DNA of 64,000 nucleotides. It comes from Phyllosticta citribraziliensis. Lineage: Eukaryota. Location: the NCBI RefSeq assembly GCF_038025025.1, contig NW_027117344.1:744001-808000 (forward strand), given 5' to 3'. The position numbers and the translations under genes are program-made. Below the pieces are notes generated by a model. That model was not told where the DNA came from. It worked only from the letters and a program-made list of their open reading frames with translations, and searched no databases. Numbering within the stretch: position 1 is the stretch's first letter; every line of letters starts with the position of its first letter. Below are positions 22,807 through 34,289 of this stretch, in pieces.

Positions 22807-25232
22807 ATGCCGCGCGCGATTCAGGACTCGGATGATGAGGGCGATTTCGATTCCGTTTCCCCCGTGTCGGAAAAGACTCCCGCTCCTTCCCACCTGATCA
22901 AAGATGCGTCGTCGCGAAGCCAAATGACAGCGCCTGGGGGTACAGGCTCGACTGGTACGTGCAAACCACCCTACCTGTGCTGCCTGCCGACTCACGAAAT
23001 ACAGAAGCTCTTCAGCGCGAGATTGCAGCCGCCCACCGCGATGTCATTGAGAGATCTGCCGCTCCGACCTTTGTCCCACACTCAACCCGCAGCTCCCCCA
23101 GCATCCATCGCCGGAATACAACGACAGAGCTCGTCCATGGCTCACCACCCGCGCGACATGCTCACCGAAGAAGCACCATGGTCACATATGGAAGTTCGGG
23201 TCGACGGGGTCAGAGCACACGCGAAAATGAGGCTTTCGAGTTTATGAGAGACCAAGAGATTGTGGGAATGGACGCCCGCATCGACTCCTCGCCCGGCGAT
23301 GTCGAGTTCATCGCTTCTGGGACTGCAAACAAGATGCCCACGGAGGAAGTCGAAGACCAACATGTGATTGATGGATCTCTGAAACCGCACTTTGAAATAC
23401 ACGAACCGGCAATGTTTAGCACATCAGACACTGTTGCTGACGGCTCATCCGAAGAAAAGCGTCTTTATGATGCTGCCTTGATGGAATATCAGTTGGCCTG
23501 CGATCCTGTGGGCAACGAGGGTGTGGACTACCATGAGCACAAAGAGCTGGACGATTCTTCGCCGCCTTGGTCGGATTTTCTGCACAGTTCTGCAGTAAGA
23601 CAGTGCTTTCCGTCTCTGAACTCCTACTGACTTGCATAGGACATTCGAGCTTCCAAGGAGAATCCTCAAGTCTCGCCGACATTTCACGAAACTCCCAAGC
23701 CGAATTCGACTTTGCGTCGCTCCAAGTCATTGGGCCAGCCACGACTTTCTCAGTATGACGATCATGAATCAGAAGACATCTTTCCCCAGCTAAGTAAATC
23801 TTCAGCGAGCTCGAAGAAAAGGCGTGCATCCGTTGTGGACACCACTTCTCCATCGTTGGACATCCGTCCAAAGAAGCGTCGAAGCGAGCCGATAGAAGAG
23901 GTGGATGAGCAAGCTTATGACGATGACCCGTTTGTAACGAAGTCGCAAGAGGTCAACCATTCTATACAAGAATCGATCCGTGCCGTGAGAGCATCGAAAG
24001 CGGCAAAAGCACAGAAAACGGATAGTAGCGAACCGCTCAACAGCGATGATATTCTCATCGGACTCCCCAAAGAAAAGTATCAGCCACGCCCAAGTCGATC
24101 TCGCTCCAGTCGCCTGGCCGTTGAAGAGCCGATAGACTATTCTATCAATCCCGAAAAAGCAGCCAAGCAGAAAGCCAAACGTCGGAAAACCGAAGATGTT
24201 TCAACCATCGGCCGTCTGAAGTTGTCAGTCGCAGACAAACTTGAACGGATGGTTGATATGGGATTTAGTCCAATTTCGTCCAAAGCGGCGTTGAAGGAGC
24301 ATGGAAACGATCTAGACAACGCTGTTGAATCATTGAGCAATCTAGGCCAGGAACCAGCCACAAGAGACGCGAAAGCTGAAGAAGATATTGACGAGTTGGC
24401 CGGCGGCTATGCGCCAACAAAATCTGACCAAGGGCAGCTCCGGGAAACACCCCATGCTCAGAAAAGCGCCGTGGTGTTGATTGAGAAAAGGCCCAGCTCG
24501 ACAGCTGTGGACAATCACGATGCCAACACGAATCAGACCAAGAAGAAAAGAGGCAGACCTCCCAAAGCCAGACCTTCCGAAATATCTGAAAGTTCCAAAA
24601 TGGGCGAGCAGGCTGCAAATGTCACGGACGGAGCAACGGAACCGGACGACACAAAGACTGATGATCACGCAAGTAACACGCTTCTGGAGACTGATGGACA
24701 ACGGCAAGATGCAAGTCCTCTCAAGCGAAAGCCATCTCCCACGGTCAATCCTACGCCGCCGAGTTCTGCACGGGCGGTGATGACGGATCAATCGAACAAG
24801 CTAGAGGAGCGGGCCGCACAGATCCCTGAAGAGCAGACACCCCTGCCAAAAAAACGAGGACGGGGACGGCCGCGGAGGCAAAAGTCACCCGAGCCAACCA
24901 CACCAGACAGGCACGAGGCTACGAACAGTGACATGCAGGCAACACGAGGGGCAGAGGTGCCACAAGTCTCCGAATCGGAAGACGCCAAAAAGAAAACACC
25001 AGGACACGGTTCAATACGGGAGCCGCCAGTCAGCACGCCACTCAATGTGACGTCCTCAGAATCCAGGTCTGCATTGCAGGCCGCCACTGCCAACGCACAG
25101 CAGACACCGGAACCGGCCAGCGCCAAGACATTGAGTCGGTCGCCAGCTTCGAAAGGCAAGGTGCCTTACAGAGTGGGCCTGAGCAAGAGGGCAAGGATCG
25201 CACCGCTCTTGAAAATCGTGAAAAAACAATGA
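22807..25232 (+). CDS. Fungal AT-hook / UBA-like domain nuclear protein. Exons 22807-22954, 23005-23594, 23640-25232
   Basis: MPRAIQDSDDE start; IGLPKEKYQPRPSRSRS; UBA-like LERMVDMGFS..KAALKEHGNDLDNAVESL; AT-hook-like KKRGRPPK and RGRGRPRR; C-terminal YRVGLSKRARIAPLLKIVKK. Two canonical introns join three ORFs in frame. Confidence 0.8.
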
Positions 25233-26779
25233 GGGGTACAATGTGGGAAGAGCGGCCAGGACTTACGGCAAGGGGGCCAAAAGAAGGCGCGTCACACCAC
25301 TGAGATTGGTAAGGTGCTTTTGTGCTGAGTTTTCTCGTCTCTGAGCTTTGATTTCATCGGATACAAGCAGATTTTGAGAGTAGCCTGGCTTGGCTGCTTC
25401 ATTGCTGGTGGGGAGGATTTGCAGTTACGAGTTGCCTAAACCCCAAATGGCCCCGAACATGGGGAGATCCCCCACATGTCGCTTCGTTTGTTTTTGCTCG
25501 CGCCCGGGAATAGTAAGCATGTCCGATGTTGTCCAAGAAGGCGTCCTTTGCACTAGCTACTGATGCCAACACGCGAGGGGGAAACTGCCGAGGACGCCAT
25601 TACACGACAAAGGGGCGCAACAGAATCGAGGGCTCGGCAAGCATTTATGGCTTTGAGTGGGATTTCAGGCGTTCAAAGGAGCGGTGGTCAAGAAGCGAGA
25701 ATGAGAGGACGAGAATCACTCGATCACGTTCCGTTGGTTGTTTCGGCCACGGCGGTTGTTCGTGCTACAGGGTTCACGCCAAGCCGTGAGATTCCACGAG
25801 GTTGCCGTCGGGAGCGGCGTGAGGAGAAGAATATATGCCGACATCCGGAGAATACTTGGAGTTGGTAGGCCTGATGTCGACGGCGTTGCTACTGTTTCAC
25901 CATGTCAAAAGGAAATTTGACGAGAAATGGACGTGGAGTTGAGGATTCAGATCGACGCGGCCAGGTGGTCGCACGACAGAGGCGTCGAGATTGCTGTGTT
26001 GGTATTTCGGGGTCGACTGGACTGGACTCGGGTGGAGGGTTTGGTCCTTGGGACGCGCAAAAATAGCCGCTAGCTAACCAACCACTCAAGGGTCCACACC
26101 ATCGTCTAGACGTCGAAATTTCCACCTCGCAAACGCCGCTCACGGCCGCCATCCTTCAGGGCCAAAGCACTAGTTGGCTGCTCCGCAGACGCCATGGACC
26201 GTCTCTTTTGCCCCTCGCCTCCCCAGCCGTGCAGCACCCGACGTCGTGTCGTATATGCGCCCGCCCACAGACACCACTCGACGCCCTTGGTCATGACTGA
26301 CGGCCGCCTTTGACCGGCTCTTGCATCCAAGTCCAGCAGGTCACTGTGCTGTCCATTTTTGGCACGAGAGCCGCATCTCGGGGCCTAGCGTCCAGCCCAG
26401 TAGCCCAGCCCACGGGTCCTCTGCTCTTCGGTACGGGCTCCGTCTGGGCCACTGGCTATAGGCAAGACTTAACACCACTCCACATGGGGAGCCATGTGGC
26501 TTGTTTGGACCCCCTGCCCATGTCCTCTTCCGGCGCCATCGACCGCCGCCAGCCCGTCGCCTTTTCTCTGCAAAGACACATACGGTATTTATCCTGCTGC
26601 CACTCGCTCTCTTGGTCAAGATTCTTCTTCACGACTCACCAAAGTGTCCTTCTTTTCGCGTGCCTTTGGAGCCCCATCCTCTCGTTGACGTCGTCCTCGA
26701 CCGGTGACACTCTTTTCACCTTGCTCGACGCCCACCCTCAGCAACACCCTTGCCATTGCTGCTTTGCTTCGCATTCATC

Positions 26780-29075
26780 ATGCACGTCTCTTCGCTTGTT
26801 GCAACCTCGTTTCTCGCGGGCGCGGCTTCGGCCCATGGCGGCGTCGCTGGAGCTCCCAGGCTCTTTGGCCGCAACGCCATTGCCGACCTGAAGGCGAGGA
26901 ATGTCTTTGATGCTCCTGTCATGGCTCGCGCTCCGGTCGAGGCCGCTGCCATGCCTCAGCGCCCTGCTGGAGAAAAGCGCCAGGTTGGAGGTGTCGACGG
27001 CCAGTGCGGTGCTGGTATCGGCTCTTGTGCCAAGGGCTACTGCTGCTCTCTTGCTGTATGTGCCCTTTGATTTTGCTTGCAATGTCTCCAGCTAATCCGC
27101 ATGCAGGGTTGGTGCGGTACTGGCAAGGACTACTGTGCTGCTCCAGACTGTCAGTTCCAATTTGGATCGGGCTGTGACGCCAACACCATTCCTCCTGGAA
27201 CCAACACTTCCTCGGTTGCTCGCACGACCCTGGGCAGTGTGCCAGTTGGCAATGGCGGTATCTATGATTGCACTGTCCCGGGTACTGTTGCCCTGACCTA
27301 TGACGATGGTCCTTACATCTACACCAATGAGGTCCTCGACATTCTGAAGAAGTACAATGCTTCCGCCACTTTCTTCATTACTGGCAACAACATCGGCAAA
27401 GGCGAGATTGACAACGCCGCCTACGGTTGGGACACCGTCATTAAGAGGATGAACACCGAGGGTCACCAGATCGCCAGCCACACCTGGAGTCACCAGAACT
27501 TGAGCCAGATCACCTCTGCTCAGCGCAAGGATCAAATGTACAAGAACGAGATGGCTCTCAGGAACATCTTGGGCTTCTTCCCCACTTACATGCGTCCTCC
27601 TTACTCGGCCTGCGACCAGGCCTCCGGATGCTGGAGGGACATGAAGACCCTTGGCTACCACGTTACTTACTTTGACCTCGACACTGATGACTACAACAAC
27701 GTCACCCCAGACCTCATCCAAAACGCCAAGGACAACTTCGACAAGGGCCTGGCTGGTGGTAGCCCGTCCACCAGCGAATACCTTGCCATTGCTCACGACA
27801 TTCACGAGCAGACCGTCCGCAACCTTACCGAGTACATGCTCATCCAGCTCACAAACCAGGGCTACAGGGCTGTCTCGGTCGGTGAATGTCTGGGTGACCC
27901 CAAGGCCAACTGGTACCGTTCTTCCAGCGGCAGTGTCTTTACCTCTGCCACTGGACCGGTGACCGCCGCCCCCACCACGACCCTTCCTGTCAACTCCAAA
28001 ACCACCACCACGAGTCCCGTTGTGACTCCTACTGGAATTTCCCAGGATGCAACCTGCGGTGGAACTACTGGAAACACCTGTCTTGGCTCTACTTTCGGAA
28101 ACTGCTGCTCCGTCAACGGCTGGTGGTAAGTTGTGCCCACAAAAGGACTGTGACGGCAAAAGCTAACGACTTGACAGTGGATCTACCAGCGACTACTGTG
28201 CCGACGGATGCCAGGTTCAATTTGGTAACTGTACCGGTAACACGGGCCTTGTAAGCAACGTCTCGGTTTCTGCCATCTCTACTCCTCTCTCCACCCCCTC
28301 TGGATCTGGAAGCGCAAGCGCACCAACCGGAACTCGGCAGGTTTCCCCGGACAGCAGCTGCGGAGGTACCAAGGGGTACACTTGCCTTAACTCTGGTTTC
28401 GGCAACTGCTGCTCCCAGTACGGCTATTGGTAAGTCTTGATGCTGAATATTCGGGTCAAAGGGGAACATAGGCTAACCTTTTGCAGCGGCTCGACGAGCG
28501 ACTACTGTGGCTCCACCTGTCAATCTGCGTTTGGCACTTGCGGCTCTTCCTCCCAAGTATCCAACTCTATTTCTTCTGCTTCCTCCTCCAAGGCTCCCGT
28601 TGTGTCCTCCGCCGCGGGATCTTCCTCACTGACCCCCTCCGTAGTAAAGTCGAGCAGTACCCCAGTCGTTCCCAGCGTTTCTGTTTCGCTCTCGTCTGTT
28701 AAAGCTGTCGTTTCCACCCCCGTCGTTTCCTCTAGTCTGGTGACCAAGACGACATCCACCTCCACCACCACCGTCAAGTCTACCGTTGCGTCCACCACGG
28801 CCAAGGCCTCGTCCACCCCGGTCCAGGCCGCGTCCAGCACCACTCCCAAGGCCTCGTCATCCTCGGTCAAGGCCGCCACCAGCACCAAGAGTTCGTCTGC
28901 TCCTACTTCCACTGCGCTCAAGACCAGCACCGACGGACGCTGCGGCGCTGCCGCCGGCTCGACCTGCTCTGGCTCTTACTTCGGCGGCTGCTGCGGCCAG
29001 GACAATTACTGTGGCTCCTTCTTCGCGTGTGCTAACGGCTGCCAGAATAAGTTTGGTAGCTGCTGGTTTAGTTAG
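26780..29075 (+). CDS. Secreted chitin deacetylase (CE4/NodB) with four CBM18 (hevein) modules. Exons 26780-27055, 27107-28125, 28178-28429, 28487-29075
   Basis: Signal peptide; CE4 motifs TYDDGP, HTWSH, RPPY, DTDDY and AHDIH; hevein motifs CG..C..CCSxxGWCG...YC..GCQ..FG.C; S/T-rich linker; three canonical introns. Confidence 0.93.
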
Positions 29076-29498
29076 AGGACTGACTTGACTACAACCTTCC
29101 CACATCGCGCGCACATACACGAAACGCCGCATCATGTCTAATGTTTAACAACCCGAAAAATTTTCCTTTGGGAGGTGGATGGCATGTCTCTTCTTTCTCT
29201 CTCTGTGGTGTACCGGACTAGAGGATCAAACGGACGGAAACGCAACGGAATGGGGTCATTGGATGGCTCACTGACTGGGTGAGAGCATTGCATTAGAACG
29301 TAACTTTTGGGACGCTGGATTTTGGATGTCTTTTTCTATTTCTTCTTCTTCATCTGAAGCCCCCTTTTTCACATTTTCCCTCCTTCTGTACATGGCATAG
29401 GGCCTTTCCTGCTTGTGGATATACTGTCTTTTTCTCTGAGCTCCTCTTCCACTCCCTTGCATGTGAAAACCAATTATGATGTCCCTGAAAGCAGATGG

Positions 29499-30137
29499 AG
29501 AGCATTCGTCTGCTCCAGCACATGTGTATACCCTGAGAAGCATTCATCCGCTTCAAATACATTGCCGCTCATTCAGGAGCATCCATACGGGTGCCCGACT
29601 AACGTCCTAGAATCATTCATGCTCCTTCCTCATCCGTGAGCGCGTTGGGAGCATTCACGCGGCCACACTATCGTCTCTCCCAGAGCATCCATACAGGTGT
29701 CCAGCTAACGTCATAGAAGCATTAATACTCCTTCCTCAGCAGTGAGTGCGCTGGGAGCATTCACGCGGCCACACTGTCGTTTCTCTGGAGCATCCGTACC
29801 CCTCTGCACTGAGCACGCTGGGAGCATTCCCGTCACGCGGCCACACTGTCGTCTCTCACGGAGCATCCTTCCCCTCTACACTGAGCACGCAGGGAGCATT
29901 CATGCGCTCTATATCCATCCAGAATAGCAAAGCATTTCCACGCCGACTTTCTCATAGGTATGCCGTACCACAGTGGGTGTCGAAAGAAATGAGACTTCCT
30001 GGCATTATGAATGCGCTTAGGGAGCATTCATTTACTACTATAGCTATAATTAAGGAGCAATGATCTACTATTATAGCCACGCTTAGGGAGCATCCATTCA
30101 CTGCTACAGTCGCGCTTAGGAAGCATTCATCCGCTTC
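29499..30137. repeat. Degenerate ~33-39 bp periodic array (17 GRAGCATYC-like cores) with a 106-bp higher-order duplication
   Basis: Cores start at 29501, 29539, 29578, 29612, 29650, 29684, 29718, 29756, 29789, 29823, 29862, 29895, 29931, 30023, 30056, 30089 and 30122. Segment 29576-29681 resembles 29682-29786. Confidence 0.85.
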
Positions 30138-30481
30138 CAAACTCAGATGTAGGGTGTCTCATTTCTTTCTACACCAACTGTGGTACTAGAAAGCAGAACT
30201 CTCGTATGTACTATATGTTTGAAGAAGTCAGACCACCTTCCAACAACATCCGCCATAGCGTAGTTGGAGGAGAGGTTGTGTAGAGCAGACAGCACGTAGG
30301 CATTACCGCATTAAGACGGCGGCCGTGAGATCGACCGTTCGAACCAGCTGTAGAACCACGATTCATTATGCTGAATTCACCATACATGGCGTTGTGATAA
30401 CCGAGATGCAGTGAAGGAGTTGAATTTGAGTGATCAATCAATTCTTTGATTTGTGACTATGTATCCTACCTGGCTTTCCAA

Positions 30482-32518
30482 TCACTGTGCCAGAAACTTG
30501 ACTATTTCCTCCAGCTCTTTCTGTACTTCGTCGCAGGTAGGACGGAATTTCTCATCCGAACTGACCATCCGCCTTATGAGGGTAGCAACACGCTCGTTGC
30601 CAACGTGCTGAGCGAAAGTAGGCGGAAGTTGGCCCTTCTTGAGTTCCGAAAGTGTCTGGAAGCGTTCCATGCCCGTGGTAAACCTCCACAACAGCTCAAA
30701 CGCAATGACGCCAAGAGCAAAGACGTCTAGCTTCTCGTTCGGGCAAGAAGACGGCCAGGGAGGTCTGTAAAACTCTGTACCAACTACCCTTCCCGGAGAA
30801 TTGAGCACATCATCTTCCAGGTGGGCAATGTCGGTGACCAGGCCGAAGTCGCCTATGCGGATTCCGAGCTGCGAGTTGTTCGAGAGTCCTGCAGCTTGAC
30901 AGCCCTTGCATTCTCCAAGGAAGATCCCGTGCTTGCTCCTATATCTGTCTTTGGCAGGAGCAACGAAGATATTTGCGGGCTTGAGGTCGCGGTGTACCAG
31001 ATCACGCGAATGGAGATAGTTGACTCCGTCTAAGATGGCCAGGAGAATCTTCAACGAGACGTCGACATGGAAGCAGTGGCGCGCCTCATGATTGCCATCT
31101 GGAAGGACGACTGTGTTGGCCGAGAGATACTCTGCAAGGTTCATGGGGTAGAGAGCCATTTGGATGTTGAGAATGTACTCGATGAGAGGCGGCGGCGGCT
31201 CACTGTCCGTATCATCACCGTTCTGGGTAATCTTCTGCGAAGCCCTTCGGGAGCTGGGCTCCGCCATGATCTCCCTCGGAATCGTTTCGACCTCATCCTC
31301 AGTCTCTTCAGATGCAGGCTTGAACGACTTGTTGGGCGGCTTGCTCGGACTTTCGGTATTAGGGTCGATGCAATTAGGAGCGATAAAATCGTCAGAAACC
31401 GAGTCGATTGTAGCGTGACTGCCGCGTCGAGGGCGAGTCTTTTCCGGCAAAGGCATAGTAAGCTTCTGCGCAGGTTCAGAGTCATCGCCAAAGACAATGC
31501 CGTCGTCTCCGAGTGACATGGGGAATATCGCGCTCTGACTTTGCGTTGGCCGGCTTGAATCCGAGGCGGTCTCTGTGGTAGTGTTTCCGATACGCTTCGG
31601 CGCGTTCTTGTCCAAAGGTTTGACCTCCACCCAGGCGCCGTAGTAGCGGACGATGTGCGGGTGATCCAGCTTCTGCATTGTCCGGACTTCCTTGAGCAAA
31701 GTGTCCAGTTCCTCGACTCCCCTGTTGTAGATGCGGCGGAGGCGGGTTTGGCTGAAAGGTATCTGCTTGACCGCGTAAAAGCCATTGTCCAGGACGTTTT
31801 TGACCTTGTAGACTCTTCCATAGCCACCTCGTCCAATTTCTGCATAGTACTCGAGCGGTGCTGTCGAATTGAACAAAGGATGGACAAACAAGGGGCTGCG
31901 GTCGTGCGCGAGGGCAGGATCGCGGACGACTAGCTGGTTTTCCGATGGATCCTGGGCGTGTGTGCCATTCGAGTGCGAGACAGCATTGCCAGACGAGCTG
32001 GAGGCGCCTTCCAGATATTTGACACGCAGCAACTCATTGTGCTTCCTTGTGGCTGTCTCTAGTGCTTTGTTGACGTTGTCTCGGACTGCCTGAAATTCAG
32101 GCCGATGAACATTGGCGTCTACCACACCATTCGCCCTGAACTGTTCAAACATGAACATATATTTTTCCTTCGCCAGGGCTTGGACCTCGGGGTCGTGTTT
32201 CGTAAAAGGTCGCTGGGTCTTGAGGTTGCGGCGTTCATTGAGGAACTGTATGGCTTCGCTCAAAGCCTTATCTTCCAACAGCGCAGTCAAGGCAACATCT
32301 TTGATATCGATAGGTTGAGGACTAATCTGGGCGGCCGAAAGCGAGCGGGACAGGTTTTCTGTCGATTCGGATTCAAGAGACTGTGCGCGGCTGAGGCCAG
32401 GATCGGTGGGAGACAGGCTGGGCCGTTGAGGGCGCTGCTCGGCCTGAGAAACAACGCTAGACGTTTCTTCGGCGGACGAAGAATCTTCCAAAGGCGAGCG
32501 AAAGAAGAGCGATGGCAT
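30482..32518 (-). CDS. eIF2-alpha kinase family (PEK), HRI-like, intronless
   Basis: IGRGGYGRVY, YAVKQI, HPHIVRYYGAWVE, long kinase insert, LNIQMAL, HRDLKPANIF, IGDFGL, VGTEFY and TGMER. It lacks the Gcn2 RWD and HisRS-like domains. The first ATG is at 32518. Confidence 0.85.
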   Translation of the reverse strand: MPSLFFRSPLEDSSSAEETSSVVSQAEQRPQRPSLSPTDPGLSRAQSLESESTENLSRSLSAAQISPQPIDIKDVALTALLEDKALSEAIQFLNERRNLKTQRPFTKHDPEVQALAKEKYMFMFEQFRANGVVDANVHRPEFQAVRDNVNKALETATRKHNELLRVKYLEGASSSSGNAVSHSNGTHAQDPSENQLVVRDPALAHDRSPLFVHPLFNSTAPLEYYAEIGRGGYGRVYKVKNVLDNGFYAVKQIPFSQTRLRRIYNRGVEELDTLLKEVRTMQKLDHPHIVRYYGAWVEVKPLDKNAPKRIGNTTTETASDSSRPTQSQSAIFPMSLGDDGIVFGDDSEPAQKLTMPLPEKTRPRRGSHATIDSVSDDFIAPNCIDPNTESPSKPPNKSFKPASEETEDEVETIPREIMAEPSSRRASQKITQNGDDTDSEPPPPLIEYILNIQMALYPMNLAEYLSANTVVLPDGNHEARHCFHVDVSLKILLAILDGVNYLHSRDLVHRDLKPANIFVAPAKDRYRSKHGIFLGECKGCQAAGLSNNSQLGIRIGDFGLVTDIAHLEDDVLNSPGRVVGTEFYRPPWPSSCPNEKLDVFALGVIAFELLWRFTTGMERFQTLSELKKGQLPPTFAQHVGNERVATLIRRMVSSDEKFRPTCDEVQKELEEIVKFLAQ

Positions 32519-32893
32519 GGTGGACAATGAGAAAGCTTTGCGACAGGCTGAAGGGTTTGCTCAACCTGGGTTGCACCTCACGAACATAGCTGCCAAAGAG
32601 TGGCGCAGCTATGGGCGCAAAGGCCGAAAGGCAATGATGAAGGATTCGCCGGATGAAAAGCGAGAACGAGCAGTAGGAAGTGGAGAGTGAAGTTGACAGG
32701 TGGTGGGTTCAGAAGGCTGCAGCGCCGGGCTTCCAGAAATCCATTGACGCGCCGGGGCCTGATGACGCGCGCCTCAACCCCACCAACCACCTTAATCGAT
32801 AACCTTAATGGCAGAGCTCCGGTACTTTTGTTGCCGTACGACTTCACCTTTAGCTCTTACTTTGCGACCAACCATCCGTTCGACATCAACGTG

Positions 32894-34235
32894 ATGCGAC
32901 GCAAGTTACCGTGGGTCAAAGACAGGGAACCGCGTCAACAGAATGATACAAGCGCGGCCACACTTCCACGACAGCAACGAGCTCGGATGACACCGGCGGC
33001 AGTAAACGAGACCAGCAACAACGAGCGGAATTCTCGTAGCATAAAGAATGGAGGAACAACCGGTACTCGACGGACAAAACAGCTTGAGAGCAGGGTATTA
33101 ATCGATTACAGACCGAACACCGTCAACATCTCCCCCTCCGCAACCACCACGGCAACCACCAACGCAAGAGTACGTGCAATGCTTGCTATTGAATGTATAA
33201 GGCCAGACCCTCACATCGCTCAGATACATGAGAGATGGCCTGGACGCGGACGACATCTGGGTTATGGTCGAAGATGAGCTTCTTGCGACATCGCAGCTTT
33301 TTACACAACAACTCCACCAAGCAGAATATCATCGCATGAAGCGTCTCGTACGGGCGAAGAACGAGTCAAAACTCCGGAATATGTCAAGATCTGTGGACCT
33401 CGGCGCTCAAATGTCGATTGAACGTCAAAAGATGAAAGAAGGGGCAACAAGGGCAGAAAATCAGGCGGAGACACTTCGAGACCTGGACGCTGAGAACGTC
33501 GAAGCTGTCCGAAACTCAGACGACTCCGAAGATGATGCTACGCCTTGGATGTTTGACCCTCATCTTGGTGGCTTGATGGCTGGCAATCCTCCCAGCTCAT
33601 CTCAGCAGCTGGCAAAGCTGGCCGGTTCTAAGCCCAAGACCCGAGCAGCGGCAGGCTTCCGGGCAACGGACCCAAAGGCAACAATGGAGACCACCGCTAC
33701 CACGACCACTCAAGGGGCTTCCATAAAGAAGAGCACCATGGATGGCTTGGCCGAAGAGATCGAGCGTGCAGCGGCCAGCGATGAGGAGGCTGACAGCGAC
33801 GACTTGGACGGATCCTCTTTCAGAAGGGGAAGCAGCAAATCGGTCCCACCACCCTTAATTTCAAAGCGAGACAACGGCGATTCTACACACGGGCAGCGAC
33901 AAATCTCAGATCCTCTCCAACTCCAGAGAAAGCCATTATCAAAACGTCCCCTATTCGAAGAAGACGAGAGCGGTGGGACCGGCGGAAGCCAGAACCCGCG
34001 CTCGACTGATACCGCCGCCCGCATGTCGAAGTTGCAACCCAGTTCTCCAAGTGAGCAGATACCAGGCGCTTCGTGGAGATCTAGACGAGCAAGATCTGTA
34101 ACCTCTCTGTGGACTTCCACAGAAGACGTTGCGGCTCAAAGCAGCACTCCGACACATAATAAAAAGAGAAGGGAGGAAGCCAAGGGAGGCAAGAAGTCAA
34201 TTTCTGTTGATGAGATACCCACTTTCCTATTCTGA
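32894..34235 (+). CDS. Conserved fungal hypothetical protein. Exons 32894-33062, 33112-33169, 33224-34235
   Basis: Spliced reading MRRKLPW...DRTPSTSPPPQPP..EYMRDGLDADDIWVMVEDE..FTQQLHQAEY...DEIPTFLF*. The first donor (GTACTC) is weak but required for frame. Confidence 0.75.
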
Positions 34236-34289
34236 CTAGCATTTTTGGTCGATTCATGCAATGAACTCAGCAAAACAGTATCTTCCATC

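Noticed and set aside
26480..26499. Perfect 8-bp hairpin CCACATGG-GGAG-CCATGTGG upstream of the deacetylase
   Set aside because: One such hairpin is plausible by chance in 64 kb, and there is no supporting context.
29499..30137. CRISPR array interpretation of the periodic repeat
   Set aside because: The conserved core is only ~9 nt, the spacers are related and reused, there are no cas genes, and the context is eukaryotic.
4551..32518. Heme-related cluster (CFEM protein plus HRI-like kinase)
   Set aside because: The genes are ~25 kb apart with unrelated genes between them; there is no evidence of functional linkage.
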